From assembly GCA_020057115.1 (NCBI GenBank), contig JAGVGJ010000032.1, positions 23,722 to 87,721 of the forward strand: a DNA stretch of 64,000 bases. Direction: 5' to 3'. Origin of the DNA: Candidatus Omnitrophota bacterium. Lineage in GTDB: Bacteria > Omnitrophota > Gorgyraeia > 2-01-FULL-45-10. Positions 36,408-47,323 of the stretch are shown one piece after another. A program made the position numbers and the translations under genes. The notes under the pieces were generated by a model that had not been told where the DNA came from, did not search any database, and was given only the letters and a program-made list of their open reading frames with translations. How positions within the stretch are numbered: position 1 is the first letter of the stretch; each line of letters opens with the position of its first letter.

Positions 36408-38282
36408 CTACTTTCTCTCGCCGGATCTGTATTTTTCAATGAGGTCCGTGAATATGGGCTTTGGTATCGCGCCAAGGCGGATAGCTATATCATACTCTTT
36501 TATAGCCAGGTCATATTGCCCGTTCTTAAAATATGTGACAGCGAGGTTATAGTGGGCCGCTCCGTATCCCGGAGCTATCTGGATGGCCTTTTTGTATGCA
36601 GCCATAGAGTCCTGAAGCTTTTCCATGGCGCCATACAATGTGCCAAGATCATTATACGAATTCGGAAGGTCCGGGTTAAGCTCGATAGCTTTTTTGCACA
36701 GTTCAATGGCCTTCTCATTCTCGCCCTTAGCGAAATATATCATACCGAGCCCGCTATACGCGTATGCGAGGCTGGGCGCTGTTTCGATAGCCCTTCTATA
36801 AGCCTCCTCGGCATCGTCAAGCCTGCCTAGAGCTGCATAGACTATGCCCAGATTTACATATGCCAGGACATAATCTTTCGGGTCTATCTCTGTCGCCTTC
36901 TTGAACATCTCTATAGCTGCGGTCCTGTTGCCGAGGTCATCGAGGACGCTGCCCAAACTTATGTAAGCCGAACCGTATGTAGGATTCAATTCTATAGAGC
37001 GCTTGTAACATTCTATAGCTTCATACTTGCGCCCCATGTCATTATAGATATTGCCGAGATTATTGTGCATCAGGAAGCTTTCGGGGGCGTATTTCAATGT
37101 CCTTGTATAAAAAGTCACGGGATCATTCCAGTAACTGTTCTGGTAGATCGTAAGCCCGGAATAGAATACGGTTATGATCAGCATTAAAACTACGGCAAGT
37201 ATTTTATAAGGTTTTTTTCTCGATAGCCATGCCAGGGCGCCTGCTATTATGAGAAAGAATCCTATCGACGGAAGATAGAGCCAGTGCTCAGCCATATAAG
37301 CGTTGATCGGATACAGGTTTGATACCGGCAATATGCACAGGACAAGCCACGACAATGCGAAGAATAGAAGCGGATTCTTTCTTCTCGACAAAAATATCAG
37401 CCCGATAAGAGAAAGAAGTATTGCCACCCCGGCTACCGCTTTCGGATCCATAAAATTGAACAGCTTTAACCCATACTCCATGCGAAGGTCGACCGGCAAA
37501 AAAAGTATCCTGGCGTAATTGGTGACAGCGACAAAGAAACCCGGCAGCCTCTGCAAGACCGTGGTGGGATGTGCAACATGGATGAGAGCTTTTAAGACAG
37601 CCGTCCTTATAATAAAATATGCTACTGTTACGGCAAGCACCGGAAGGATCCTTCTTAAAATATTGGCCTTCCTGGCGAAAGCATAATGGTATATCAGTAT
37701 AAGGATCATGAATATAAGGGCGCTCTCCCTGGAGAGAAGCCCCAGGAAATAGAAAAATAAAGAGAGGATGAAGCATGGGACGCTCGCGCGGCGATCATCT
37801 TTTACGTAAAATATAAATGCAAATATCACGAACAGCGCGACTATCGGGTCCGCGCGTCCCGAGATATATGCCACAGCTTCGGTATGAGCCGGATGGACTA
37901 TGAAGAGGGTCGAGGCGAAGAGGGCTATTAATCTATCCCCGAAAAGAAGCCACAAGAGCCAGAATACCGACAATGCGACCATGATATGGAGGAGTATGTT
38001 CGTGATATGATAGCCCGTGGGGTCGAGCCCCCAGAAGCGGTATTCGAGCATATATGTCAATGTCTGCAGCGGGCGATAAAAATTACTTATCCTTGCAGCG
38101 CCTGAATCGACATCTTTAGTGAATATGGTCGCGATATTCGACAGGCTCTTTATATAGACATTATCCTTAACGAGATTTATATCGTCAAGAAGGAGCTTGC
38201 CGGTCACGGAGTTAGCATAGACAATGATGCCCAGCATTATTATGGTAACTATCGAAAGGATGGCAAAACGTCTATCGGTCAT
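36408..38282 (-). CDS. polytopic membrane protein with C-terminal TPR repeats (PMT/TMTC-like glycosyltransferase architecture)
   Basis: It has about 11 TM helices, followed by at least 6 TPR units (YNDLG..., AYISLG..., AYVNLG...). Confidence 0.6.
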   Translation of the reverse strand: MTDRRFAILSIVTIIMLGIIVYANSVTGKLLLDDINLVKDNVYIKSLSNIATIFTKDVDSGAARISNFYRPLQTLTYMLEYRFWGLDPTGYHITNILLHIMVALSVFWLLWLLFGDRLIALFASTLFIVHPAHTEAVAYISGRADPIVALFVIFAFIFYVKDDRRASVPCFILSLFFYFLGLLSRESALIFMILILIYHYAFARKANILRRILPVLAVTVAYFIIRTAVLKALIHVAHPTTVLQRLPGFFVAVTNYARILFLPVDLRMEYGLKLFNFMDPKAVAGVAILLSLIGLIFLSRRKNPLLFFALSWLVLCILPVSNLYPINAYMAEHWLYLPSIGFFLIIAGALAWLSRKKPYKILAVVLMLIITVFYSGLTIYQNSYWNDPVTFYTRTLKYAPESFLMHNNLGNIYNDMGRKYEAIECYKRSIELNPTYGSAYISLGSVLDDLGNRTAAIEMFKKATEIDPKDYVLAYVNLGIVYAALGRLDDAEEAYRRAIETAPSLAYAYSGLGMIYFAKGENEKAIELCKKAIELNPDLPNSYNDLGTLYGAMEKLQDSMAAYKKAIQIAPGYGAAHYNLAVTYFKNGQYDLAIKEYDIAIRLGAIPKPIFTDLIEKYRSGERK

Positions 38283-38677
38283 TGTACCTTGAACTGTCTC
38301 CTGACATTCTTTCTTGTAAAGTAGACCACGACGAAGGCGTGGTAGAAGATCGATATGTAATTTTTTATGTCGGAAGGGATGAATGTTATTATCTCGCCGT
38401 TAAAAATAAGAAGCCCGAACAACAAGAGGACCTTTGTAAGGACTATGTATCCGGAGAAGAAGACTAGAAGGAGCCATGCCCAGCGCCAGCGTTTGAAGAG
38501 GCCCATCCCTATCGCGATGGATGTCATGGAGGCGACCAGAACGAAAAGGAATACATTTAAAGGCTTTTTGCAGGCATCCAATAAAGAGGATGTGATAAGG
38601 CTCGATATCGTCGAAAGCCCTATCAAAAGTTCTGTGACAGCTATTATGTTTACGGCTCGCCTGGCGATCATAATCAT
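38279..38677 (-). CDS. small integral membrane protein, unknown
   Basis: It has four hydrophobic segments. It overlaps the downstream gene by 4 nt. Confidence 0.4.
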   Translation of the reverse strand: MIMIARRAVNIIAVTELLIGLSTISSLITSSLLDACKKPLNVFLFVLVASMTSIAIGMGLFKRWRWAWLLLVFFSGYIVLTKVLLLFGLLIFNGEIITFIPSDIKNYISIFYHAFVVVYFTRKNVRRQFKVQ

Positions 38678-38701
38678 ACTATATCATAATAACCATTTAT
38701 C

Positions 38702-39307
38702 TTAAAGACCGATGATGCGACCCAGGATGACGTCGGCCTGTTTTGCAGCCGCTATATTAACGCGCGGGGACAGCGCCGGCAGATTTTCGATATCCGACTT
38801 AAGATCGCCCACGATTATCAGATCATCCTTCATCTTGTGTATCTTGATGTCATCGCTTGAACCTATTCCTCCGAGACCGGAGACCGACACCGCGAATTTC
38901 CCGGCCGCTAAAAGTTCGGATACGAGGATGCTTTTATATTCAGCCTTATCGAGACACTCGGCAACTGCGTCGCATCCGCCGAATATTTTTCTTACATTGC
39001 CCTTCTCGATCTTTTCAACTATCGCTTCTATCTCGATGTCCGGGTTTATGCTGCGCAGGTTATCGGCCAGCGCCTCTACCTTGTATCTGCCGACCTGGGT
39101 GAGAAAGAAGAACTGCCTGTCGAGGTTCGACGGCACGATTTTATCAAAATCGGCTATCACGAATTTCCTGAATCCGCACCGCACAAGATTGGCGGCGCAA
39201 TTTGAACCAAGCCCACCGGCGCCGGCGATACCTATCCGAGCAGTCTCGACCTTTCTGAAGCTTTCCGATCCCAATTTCTTTATAAGGTCTTCGCGCAAGC
39301 TTTCCAT
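38702..39307 (-). CDS. thiF: ThiF/MoeB-family sulfur-carrier adenylyltransferase
   Basis: Rossmann motif GAGGLGS. The gene sits next to thiH/G/S. Confidence 0.7.
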   Translation of the reverse strand: MESLREDLIKKLGSESFRKVETARIGIAGAGGLGSNCAANLVRCGFRKFVIADFDKIVPSNLDRQFFFLTQVGRYKVEALADNLRSINPDIEIEAIVEKIEKGNVRKIFGGCDAVAECLDKAEYKSILVSELLAAGKFAVSVSGLGGIGSSDDIKIHKMKDDLIIVGDLKSDIENLPALSPRVNIAAAKQADVILGRIIGL

Positions 39308-40417
39308 CTATATCTTCATCCAGTCTTTTAAGACAGGCTGGTATCCCCTTCTTTCGAGGAGAGACCTTATCTCTTCAACGCTTCTTTCGTCCGATATTTC
39401 GAACTGCGGCCTGTCGTGATCATTTATTATCCTGGTATGGCCGCCGACGCATGTCGTGGAACCGGCAGACATCCTCGTCACGCCCAAAGGCATTATATTT
39501 TCGCGCAATATCGGGTCTTCCCTGGTAGATACCGCTATGCCGAGCCTCGGCATGAATAACCTCAAGGCTGTTATTATCTGGACGATATTCCTGTCCGACA
39601 CCTCGAAGCCGGGTTTGAAATCTCCTGCATGCGGCCGGAGCCTCGGAATAGAAATACCGATCTCAACGTCAGGATAGGCATCCTGGAGGTATTTGGCATG
39701 CAGGCCCATAAGGAATATCTCCCGTCTCCAACTGGCTAGGCCGAGCAACGTCCCGATATTGACGTTCCTCATCCCGGCCATTGCGCCCCTCTCGGGAGCG
39801 TCAAGCCGAAAAAGGAAATCTCTCTTAGGTCCGGAAGGATGGAGCGTCTCGTACAGCTTCTCGTCATAGGTCTCCTGGTATATAGTCAACCCGTCGACGC
39901 CTTCAGAGATGAGCTCTCTATATTCTTCTTCCGTCAGGGCATATACTTCGATGGCTATCGAGCTGAAGTATTCCTTAAGGATCTTCACGCAATCCTTGAT
40001 GTAGCTGACGGGGCTTTCGCTCCTTGAGTCGCCGGTCAACACAAGTATGGACCTAAGCCCGGTGGAGGATATGAACTCTGCTTCCTTCTTGACCTCATCG
40101 AGCCCTAGCTTCTTGCGCTGGAAAGCATTGTCTGCCTTGAACCCGCAATAGAGGCAGCGGTTATCGCAATAATTGGCTATATATATCGGAGTGTATAATT
40201 GGATGGTCTTGCCGAAATGTTTGAGCGTGATCTCCCGGGCTTTCGCGGCCGCGAGCTCAAGGTATTTTTCGGCTTCCTGCGAGAGCGTGGCTACAAATCC
40301 GGCCTGGCTTAAAACTTCAGAGGCGAGCGCCCTTTCGATCTCATGCCTTGAGATCGAATGAAAAAGCCCGTCGGTATCAAGGCCTTCGGTTCTCTTTATG
40401 ACTTCGTAATAACTCAT
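39308..40417 (-). CDS. thiH: 2-iminoacetate synthase ThiH (radical SAM tyrosine lyase)
   Basis: A CDNRCLYCGF motif is present, in thi context. Confidence 0.75.
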   Translation of the reverse strand: MSYYEVIKRTEGLDTDGLFHSISRHEIERALASEVLSQAGFVATLSQEAEKYLELAAAKAREITLKHFGKTIQLYTPIYIANYCDNRCLYCGFKADNAFQRKKLGLDEVKKEAEFISSTGLRSILVLTGDSRSESPVSYIKDCVKILKEYFSSIAIEVYALTEEEYRELISEGVDGLTIYQETYDEKLYETLHPSGPKRDFLFRLDAPERGAMAGMRNVNIGTLLGLASWRREIFLMGLHAKYLQDAYPDVEIGISIPRLRPHAGDFKPGFEVSDRNIVQIITALRLFMPRLGIAVSTREDPILRENIMPLGVTRMSAGSTTCVGGHTRIINDHDRPQFEISDERSVEEIRSLLERRGYQPVLKDWMKI

Positions 40418-40425
40418 ATGCGCGA

Positions 40426-41199
40426 TTATTCTTCTCTTAAAAACCCGGTGAGCGGCGAGGATGCGCTTGGTTGCATGAAACCGAAAGGGATCCCTGAGAG
40501 ATACGCGAGCCTGCCAGCCTTGACAGCCATGTTAAATGAGCTCGCTATATTTACCGGATCGCTGGCTATGGCTATCGCGGTATTTATGAGGACTGCCGCG
40601 CAGCCCATCTCCATGCATTCGCAAGCATCCGAAGGCTTCCCTATCCCGGCATCAACGATAACAGGGGCTTTTATCTCCCTGACCATTATCTCTATAAGCT
40701 CTCTTGTCTTCACTCCCCTGTTCGACCCTATGGGCGAGCCGAGCGGCATTACCGCCGCTGCGCCGGCATCGGCAAGTCGCCTTGCCATGGAAAGGTCGGG
40801 GCTCATATACGGAAGGACGACGAACCCTTCCTTGACCAAGATCTCCGTCGCTTTTAATGTCTCCATGTTGTCAGGCAAGAGATATTTATTATCCGCTATG
40901 ACTTCTATCTTTATCCAATTGCCGCCGCCGGATGCCTTCGCAAGACGGGCTATCCTCACGGCCTCATCCGCATTCCTCGCGCCGGATGTATTCGCCATCA
41001 GGATGCAGCCCTTCGGGATATAGTCGAGTATATTGTCCGTCTTCGAAGTATCGTCGACCCTTCTTAATGCGACGGTGACAACCTCGGCCTGCGAAGCTTC
41101 AAGGGCCTTCTTCATGAGGGAATAACTTGAGAACTTGCCTGTCCCTATGAAGAGCCTGTTTTTTATAGATCTATCGCCTATCTTTAAGATATCTTCCAT
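40426..41199 (-). CDS. thiG: thiazole synthase ThiG
   Basis: It has a TIM-barrel fold. The sequence matches ThiG blocks ([17 protein letters not shown]). Confidence 0.8.
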   Translation of the reverse strand: MEDILKIGDRSIKNRLFIGTGKFSSYSLMKKALEASQAEVVTVALRRVDDTSKTDNILDYIPKGCILMANTSGARNADEAVRIARLAKASGGGNWIKIEVIADNKYLLPDNMETLKATEILVKEGFVVLPYMSPDLSMARRLADAGAAAVMPLGSPIGSNRGVKTRELIEIMVREIKAPVIVDAGIGKPSDACECMEMGCAAVLINTAIAIASDPVNIASSFNMAVKAGRLAYLSGIPFGFMQPSASSPLTGFLREE

Positions 41200-41408
41200 T
41201 ATCCGCCGCCTACAAAACTTACTATCTCAAGATCATCATCTTCTTTGAGAGCTATAGCGCCTATCTCCTCTTTCGGGATTATGCGGCGGTTGTGCTCCAC
41301 GACCACGCGCTCGCATGACAGACCTTTTGAAATAAGAAGCCCTGTTATGTTAAGGGTTGAGCCGACTTCTTCGTATTTACCGTTTATTTTTACTTTCACG
41401 CTTCGCAA
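41199..41408 (-). CDS. thiS: sulfur carrier protein ThiS
   Basis: It is small and beta-grasp-like, and ends in GG. The start is probably an internal GTG/ATG, because the track start is a TTG. Confidence 0.6.
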   Translation of the reverse strand: MRSVKVKINGKYEEVGSTLNITGLLISKGLSCERVVVEHNRRIIPKEEIGAIALKEDDDLEIVSFVGGG

Positions 41409-42049
41409 AGCTCCTTACATCTTTTCAGTTTTTCTTTGAGGCTCTTGGTCCTTGCAACTATATCGTCAGCTTCCATTATATCCCTTATGACCGCGATATT
41501 CCTGGCGCCGTCGCGCGTAACCTCGTCCACATTCTCAAGCGTTATGCCGCCTATGAGTACGACGGGCTTGCGCGCTATTGCCATGATCTCTTTTATATCC
41601 TTCGTCCCCAGGAAATAGTCTTTCGTCTTCGTATGGAATATGGGCCCGTATGCAATATAATCGACGTCAGACTCATTCGCTTTTTCGAATTGCTCGATCG
41701 AATGGGTGGATACCCCGACTATCTCGTCATTACCTATTATCTGCCGGACAGCGTTTATAGGAAAGCGCTCCATATCATCCTGGCCTAGATGTACGCCATC
41801 GGCGCCGACCCTGTGCGCGAGATGCGGATCGTCATTAACAATAAAAACAACATTATGCTTTTTACAGAGGACTAAAAGTTCTGAGCCTAGTTTTTCGAGC
41901 TCCGTTTCGGATTTCTCTTTTTCCCGCATCTGGATTATGTCGACGCCGCCTTTTATCGCAAGTTTCGCCACCTCAAGAGCGCTTCGGCCTTTGCCGTATT
42001 TCTCGTTCAGCACCAGATAAAGGCTGTAATTATCGATCTTAGGCGTCAT
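41396..42049 (-). CDS. thiE: thiamine-phosphate synthase ThiE
   Basis: Conserved ThiE blocks are present (VHLGQDD, IGVSTH). Confidence 0.8.
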   Translation of the reverse strand: MTPKIDNYSLYLVLNEKYGKGRSALEVAKLAIKGGVDIIQMREKEKSETELEKLGSELLVLCKKHNVVFIVNDDPHLAHRVGADGVHLGQDDMERFPINAVRQIIGNDEIVGVSTHSIEQFEKANESDVDYIAYGPIFHTKTKDYFLGTKDIKEIMAIARKPVVLIGGITLENVDEVTRDGARNIAVIRDIMEADDIVARTKSLKEKLKRCKELCEA

Positions 42050-42077
42050 CTTTTTTTATCCATTCTGTCATTGCGTT

Positions 42078-43013
42078 TTAAGCCAAAAATTCCTGGAATA
42101 GCCACGTGGAAAGATATCTCTCTCCTGTATCCGGGAGTATCACCACGATCGTCTTTCCTGATGATTCTTTTCGTTTGGCGACCTCTAAAGCGGCCCACAT
42201 CGCGGCGCCGCACGATATCCCCGCAAATATCCCTTCGGAGCGGGCGAGCTTTCTCGCAATAGCGCCTGCGTCATCATTCGATACCTGCATTATCTCGTCG
42301 ATCACCTTGCGGTCAAGGACATCCGGCACAAATCCTGCCCCGATCCCCTGTATCTTATGGGGACCCGGCTTTCCGCCGGAAAGGACCGGAGAATCGGCCG
42401 GCTCGATACCTATCACTTTGACTGAAGGCTTCTTCTCTTTCAATACTTCGCCCACGCCCGTTATAGTCCCGCCTGTCCCGATACCGGCAATAAATATATC
42501 CACTCCCCCGTCAGTATCATTCCATATCTCCATAGCGGTCGTCTTGCGATGTATCTCAGGGTTCGCCGGATTTTTGAATTGCTGCGGTAGGAAGCTGCCC
42601 GGTGTTTTTCTGGCTAGCTCTTCGGCTGCCTCAACCGCTCCGCGCATGCCTTTTGCTCCCGGAGTCAGGACTATCTCCGCGCCCATTATCTTTAATAACT
42701 GTCTTCTTTCCATGCTCATAGTGTCAGGCATGGTGAGTATCAGCTTATAACCTTTTGCGGCTGCGACGAATGCAAGGGCTATGCCGGTATTGCCGCTCGT
42801 CGGTTCTATTATGACCGCGCCTTTCTTGAGGCTTCCGTCCTTCTCGGCCGCTTCTACCATCGCGACGCCAATTCTATCCTTTATGCTTGAAAGCGGATTA
42901 AAGAACTCCAGCTTCGCCAGAATAGTCGCATTTAATCCTTCCGCGAGCTTATTTATCTTAACAAGAGGGGTATTCCCTGTTGTTTTTGTTATATCTTCAA
43001 ATATTCGAGCCAT
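42078..43013 (-). CDS. cysK: cysteine synthase (O-acetylserine sulfhydrylase), copy 1
   Basis: A PLP lysine motif SIKDR and a GTGGT loop are present. Confidence 0.8.
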   Translation of the reverse strand: MARIFEDITKTTGNTPLVKINKLAEGLNATILAKLEFFNPLSSIKDRIGVAMVEAAEKDGSLKKGAVIIEPTSGNTGIALAFVAAAKGYKLILTMPDTMSMERRQLLKIMGAEIVLTPGAKGMRGAVEAAEELARKTPGSFLPQQFKNPANPEIHRKTTAMEIWNDTDGGVDIFIAGIGTGGTITGVGEVLKEKKPSVKVIGIEPADSPVLSGGKPGPHKIQGIGAGFVPDVLDRKVIDEIMQVSNDDAGAIARKLARSEGIFAGISCGAAMWAALEVAKRKESSGKTIVVILPDTGERYLSTWLFQEFLA

Positions 43014-43087
43014 GAGCGCTCCTTTTTTAAATTATCACTGAAGATATATTATATCATAAATCATCGCTACAGCATTGCATCGTTTGT

Positions 43088-43801
43088 TTAAATCGCCAAC
43101 GCCTTTAAGAACCTTTCCTTTCCCGTTTCATCTATCAATACGCCCAACCTCTGCCTGGATTTAGCATTCTCCTTATAGAATTTAACGACCCTGGCAATAA
43201 CCATCAAAACCTCGTCCTCTGTAAAGATATTATCCAGCTTAAGCCCTGAACGCGGGCTTCTCCCCCCGCATCCGCCTAAGTAAACTATAAACCCAGAACG
43301 AGGGCTTGGCCCTGCCTGGGCGGCCTGACCATGTATTCCTATCTCGGCTGCCTGCGCGCGAGTGCACGTATTAGGGCAACCTGAAATGGCTATCTTGAAT
43401 TTATGCGGAAGGTCCATGCCGCACTTGATCCCCAGTTCTTTTTCGATTCTCTCGAAGAGAGAGAATGTGTCTACAAGGCCGGCCTTGCACCAGTTATTCC
43501 CGGGGCAACAAGTCACTGCCCTGAGGCGCGCACCGGATGTGCCTGGCTTTATGCCTGCGGCTTTCATATCAGCCTCAACCGCGGGGATATCGTTAAGACT
43601 TATGAATGGGATCTCCATGCCCTGCCTCACCGTAGCGTGGATAAACCCTTTCCCATACTTCTCGGCTATAGCGGCTAATTTAATAAGATGCCCTTTCTTA
43701 TAAACGCCTTCGGACATGCGCGTCCTGAATATAAAGAACCCTTCCTGTCTCTGTCTTAAGAAACCACGGCCTTTCAGGCCTTCGTAATCTATATTTTCCA
43801 T
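43088..43801 (-). CDS. small nitrite/sulfite reductase-like protein (4Fe-4S/siroheme-binding domain)
   Basis: It has cysteine clusters CCPGNNWC and CPNTC typical of the sulfite/nitrite reductase hemoprotein domain. It is only 237 aa. Confidence 0.55.
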   Translation of the reverse strand: MENIDYEGLKGRGFLRQRQEGFFIFRTRMSEGVYKKGHLIKLAAIAEKYGKGFIHATVRQGMEIPFISLNDIPAVEADMKAAGIKPGTSGARLRAVTCCPGNNWCKAGLVDTFSLFERIEKELGIKCGMDLPHKFKIAISGCPNTCTRAQAAEIGIHGQAAQAGPSPRSGFIVYLGGCGGRSPRSGLKLDNIFTEDEVLMVIARVVKFYKENAKSRQRLGVLIDETGKERFLKALAI

Positions 43802-43823
43802 TGTTTCCTCCGTATCATCATTA

Positions 43824-45062
43824 TCACATATCTCTCATCACTTCTTCGGCTGCCTTTATTGTCTTGTCGATATCTTTACCTGTATGCCCGAAAGATAAAA
43901 AATTGGCCTCAAACTCTGATGGCGCAAAATATATCCCGCGACGGAGCATGCCTCTATAAAATTTTCTGAATATCTTCTTATCCTTGAACTTTATACTGAA
44001 GATGGATCCAAAACGGACTATCTTTAGATCTATGTGACGCCGGCCCGCCTCTTTCATAAGACTGATGGTTAAACAAGCTGCTAGCTTTTCCGGCCTGTTA
44101 TAACTATACCTTAAATCCCGGAGCGCCTTTAAGGTCGAGAGGCCTGCCTGCATCACGACTGGATTCCCAGAGAATGTGGAAGCCTGATAGACTTCACCAA
44201 GTGGCGCAAGTTTATTCATTATCCTGCGGCCTCCTCCATAAGCACCTACAGGGAGCCCGCCGCCTATTATCTTGCCCAATATAATAAGGTCCGGCTTGAC
44301 GCCTAATTTTACGGCAAGCGATCCGAAATAGAATCGAAAACCAGTTATTACCTCGTCGGCAATAAGAAGCGCTCCATACTTTTTTGTAATGACCCTCAGA
44401 TATTTTATAAAATCGATATCCGGAAGCGTAACGCCGTAATTGCCTCCGCAGGGCTCAAATATTACCGCTGCTATCTCCTTGTCGTATTTTGTAAATATCT
44501 TATCCATGCTTTTTTTGTCTCCGTAAGGAGCGACTATCGTGTGTTTAGTAAAATCCCGCGGGACGCCATCGCTCTGAGGTATCCCCAATGTCGCAAGCCC
44601 GGATCCTCCTTTAGCCAACAGATAGTCCGCATGACCGTGATAAGAGTTCCTGAACTTTATGATCTTATCGCGGCCTGTATATCCTCTTGCAAGTCGAATC
44701 GCCCCCATCACGGCTTCTGTCCCGGAATTAACGAATCTTATCTTCTCGATAACCGGGATGGCTTTAGATATCGCCTTTGCAAGCTCGATCTCTCTAATAT
44801 TGGTAGTGCCAAAACTAAAACCGCTGTCCAGGGCCTTCTTGACATCTCTTGTGATTTTTGGGGAGGCATGGCCTAATATCAGGCTGCCCCAGGAAAGAAC
44901 ATAGTCTATATATCCTTTCCCGGCATGATCATAAACTTTTGAGCCGGATCCCTTCTTTATCACGAGAAGATCGCCGCCGACATAATTGAATGCCCGAACC
45001 GGGCTATCCACTCCGGCGACGAGATATTTTTTCGCTTTTTTTATCAACTTCTCTTTAGCCAT
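43824..45062 (-). CDS. hemL: glutamate-1-semialdehyde 2,1-aminomutase
   Basis: It has a class III aminotransferase fold and the block order typical of HemL. Confidence 0.8.
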   Translation of the reverse strand: MAKEKLIKKAKKYLVAGVDSPVRAFNYVGGDLLVIKKGSGSKVYDHAGKGYIDYVLSWGSLILGHASPKITRDVKKALDSGFSFGTTNIREIELAKAISKAIPVIEKIRFVNSGTEAVMGAIRLARGYTGRDKIIKFRNSYHGHADYLLAKGGSGLATLGIPQSDGVPRDFTKHTIVAPYGDKKSMDKIFTKYDKEIAAVIFEPCGGNYGVTLPDIDFIKYLRVITKKYGALLIADEVITGFRFYFGSLAVKLGVKPDLIILGKIIGGGLPVGAYGGGRRIMNKLAPLGEVYQASTFSGNPVVMQAGLSTLKALRDLRYSYNRPEKLAACLTISLMKEAGRRHIDLKIVRFGSIFSIKFKDKKIFRKFYRGMLRRGIYFAPSEFEANFLSFGHTGKDIDKTIKAAEEVMRDM

Positions 45063-45952
45063 CCGGCTATATCCTTTGCATGATACGTTATTATCATATC
45101 TGCGCCCGCGCGCTTAATAGAGTCCATGATCTCGAGCACGATTTTTTCCTCGTCCCAATAGCCCAATTGCGCGCCGGCCTTCACCATAGAATATTCACCG
45201 CTTACATTATATGCTGCCAAAGTATGATCGAACCGTCGGCTCGCGTCCTTGATAATGTCTAGATAAGATAACGCGGGTTTCACCATTACGATATCTGCGC
45301 CCTCGTCAATATCAGCCTCTATCGCTTTCATGGCTTTTAATATATCTTTATGGTCGAGCTGATAAGCCCGTCTGTCTCCAAATTTTGGGGACGAACGAGC
45401 CGCATCCCTGAAAGGGCCGTAGAAGTTCGATACGAATTTCGCGGAATATCCCATTATCTTTGTTCCATTAAGCCCGCTCTTGTCCAGCGCAGTCCTTATG
45501 GCGCGGACTTGCCCCTTAGTCATGGCCGACGGCGCAACATAGTCTGCTCCGGCTTCAGCATGCGAAAGAGCGATCTTCGCAAGCGCTTCCAAGGTTTTTT
45601 TATTATCTATTTTCTGCCCTGGACCCTTCAATATTCCACAATGTCCATGCAACGTATATGCACATAAGCAGACATCCGTCATAACTGTGATACCCGGCAT
45701 ACTGTGCTTTAAAGCTTTTATTGCAAGACTAACTACACTATCTCTTTTATGCGCGGTTGCGCCAAACTTATCCTTCTTATCCGGCACTCCGAATAGGAGC
45801 ACTTTCGTTATGCCTGATTTCAATAATTTATCCGCTTCCCGGACGAGCATATCCGCAGAGAACCTGAAAACGCCGGGCATAGAATACACTCTCTCGCGGA
45901 TGCCTTTGCCTGGCTTCACAAATAACGGATATATGAGATCTCGTGTCTTCAT
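45044..45952 (-). CDS. hemB: porphobilinogen synthase
   Basis: Active-site blocks are present (e.g. SAMTKG, YQLD). Confidence 0.8.
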   Translation of the reverse strand: MKTRDLIYPLFVKPGKGIRERVYSMPGVFRFSADMLVREADKLLKSGITKVLLFGVPDKKDKFGATAHKRDSVVSLAIKALKHSMPGITVMTDVCLCAYTLHGHCGILKGPGQKIDNKKTLEALAKIALSHAEAGADYVAPSAMTKGQVRAIRTALDKSGLNGTKIMGYSAKFVSNFYGPFRDAARSSPKFGDRRAYQLDHKDILKAMKAIEADIDEGADIVMVKPALSYLDIIKDASRRFDHTLAAYNVSGEYSMVKAGAQLGYWDEEKIVLEIMDSIKRAGADMIITYHAKDIAGWLKRS

Positions 45953-46674
45953 TAGCTTTCTCGAAAGTAATTTACTGCCTCGCCGACGACTAAAACAGCC
46001 GGAGACTTTATCCTTCGACGCTTCACTTCGTCTGCTATCGTCTCTATCGTAGCCTTTGTGATCCTGGCCTCAGGAGTCGTTACCTTTTCCATAAAAGCGC
46101 AAGGCGTCGAGGCGGGCCTTCCGCTCTTGACGAGAGCCTTCACGACATTCGCTATATTGGCAACGGCCATTAGATATACGAGCGTCTCACAATCCGGAGC
46201 ATCTATATCTGCCGACGGATCTCTCTTTCTGCCTGTCAATATAGCGACAGACTGAACCTTGTCCTTCACGGTTAGCGGTATGCCAAAACTCTCAGGACCG
46301 GCTATCGCCGAAGTTATCCCCGGTATCACCTCAATATCGACACCGCTCTCTAATAGGAATCTAGCCTCTTCGGCGCCGCGGCTAAAGATGAAAGGATCGC
46401 CGCCTTTAAGACGCACGACATGTTTAAACTTAAGCGAGTTATTATAAAGAAGGCGGTTTATCTCATCCTGCTCTTTGAGATGTATCCGGTCGGACTTTCC
46501 GACGCAGATCTTCTTCGCAGACTTCTTTACATGCTTTAGAAGTAACGGCGAAGAGAGAAAGTCGTAGAGAACGCAATCGGCTCTCTTCAAGGCTTTAAGT
46601 CCTTTTACGCTGATGAGCTCCGGATCGCCCGGACCGGCCCCAACTATATAAACTCTTCCTTTCTTACGCATCAT
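45952..46674 (-). CDS. cobA: uroporphyrinogen-III C-methyltransferase (SUMT)
   Basis: An N-terminal VGAGPGDPELI motif is present. Confidence 0.8.
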   Translation of the reverse strand: MMRKKGRVYIVGAGPGDPELISVKGLKALKRADCVLYDFLSSPLLLKHVKKSAKKICVGKSDRIHLKEQDEINRLLYNNSLKFKHVVRLKGGDPFIFSRGAEEARFLLESGVDIEVIPGITSAIAGPESFGIPLTVKDKVQSVAILTGRKRDPSADIDAPDCETLVYLMAVANIANVVKALVKSGRPASTPCAFMEKVTTPEARITKATIETIADEVKRRRIKSPAVLVVGEAVNYFRES

Positions 46675-47323
46675 TTAAACCTCGAAATATCTCAAACAGG
46701 TCCGCCCTGTCCCGGCGAATCTGGACAGCAAGCCTTCCCTGCAATGGATGCGGCTCCATTATCTCCGAAGGGATCATCTCTCTTATCCTCTTTTCGTATC
46801 CCAGCCTTATGAGCGCGGCATGAGCGACTACCAAAGAATCAAAATCGCCATTATCAAGCTTGGCCAGCCTCTCATCTATGTCCCCGCGCACATCTGTCAC
46901 GATGAGGTCTGGTCTCACGCGCAAAATAGCGTCTTTGCGCCTGCGGCTGGACGTGGCTACACGCGACCCTGACGGCAAACTCTTTAAAGAATGCCCGGCG
47001 TTAGAAACAAGACACTCGAACGGGCTGATCGAACGGGTCAGCGCCGCTATCATCAATCCTTCGGGCATGATCTCTTCCAGGTCCTTCGCGCTATGGACGG
47101 CTATATCTATATCGCCGACGACGAGGGCCTCTTCTATCTCGCGGGTAAAGAAATCTCCCATTTCCCGGCCAAGGAGGCTTGTCAGCTTATCTTTATCTCC
47201 GCGCGTTTCGATAGGGATCGTATCCATGCGAAGATGCGGCATGCGCGAACGTATCTCATCGACCTGTTTTAGGGCGAGCTTACTTGATCGCGTTCCGACC
47301 CTGATACTCTTTATCATAAACAT
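46664..47323 (-). CDS. hemC: hydroxymethylbilane synthase, C-terminally truncated form (219 aa; lacks the cofactor-binding domain 3)
   Basis: It aligns by eye to E. coli HemC residues ~1-205 and stops at the position equivalent to ...LNHH. The dipyrromethane Cys region is absent. Confidence 0.6.
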   Translation of the reverse strand: MFMIKSIRVGTRSSKLALKQVDEIRSRMPHLRMDTIPIETRGDKDKLTSLLGREMGDFFTREIEEALVVGDIDIAVHSAKDLEEIMPEGLMIAALTRSISPFECLVSNAGHSLKSLPSGSRVATSSRRRKDAILRVRPDLIVTDVRGDIDERLAKLDNGDFDSLVVAHAALIRLGYEKRIREMIPSEIMEPHPLQGRLAVQIRRDRADLFEIFRGLNDA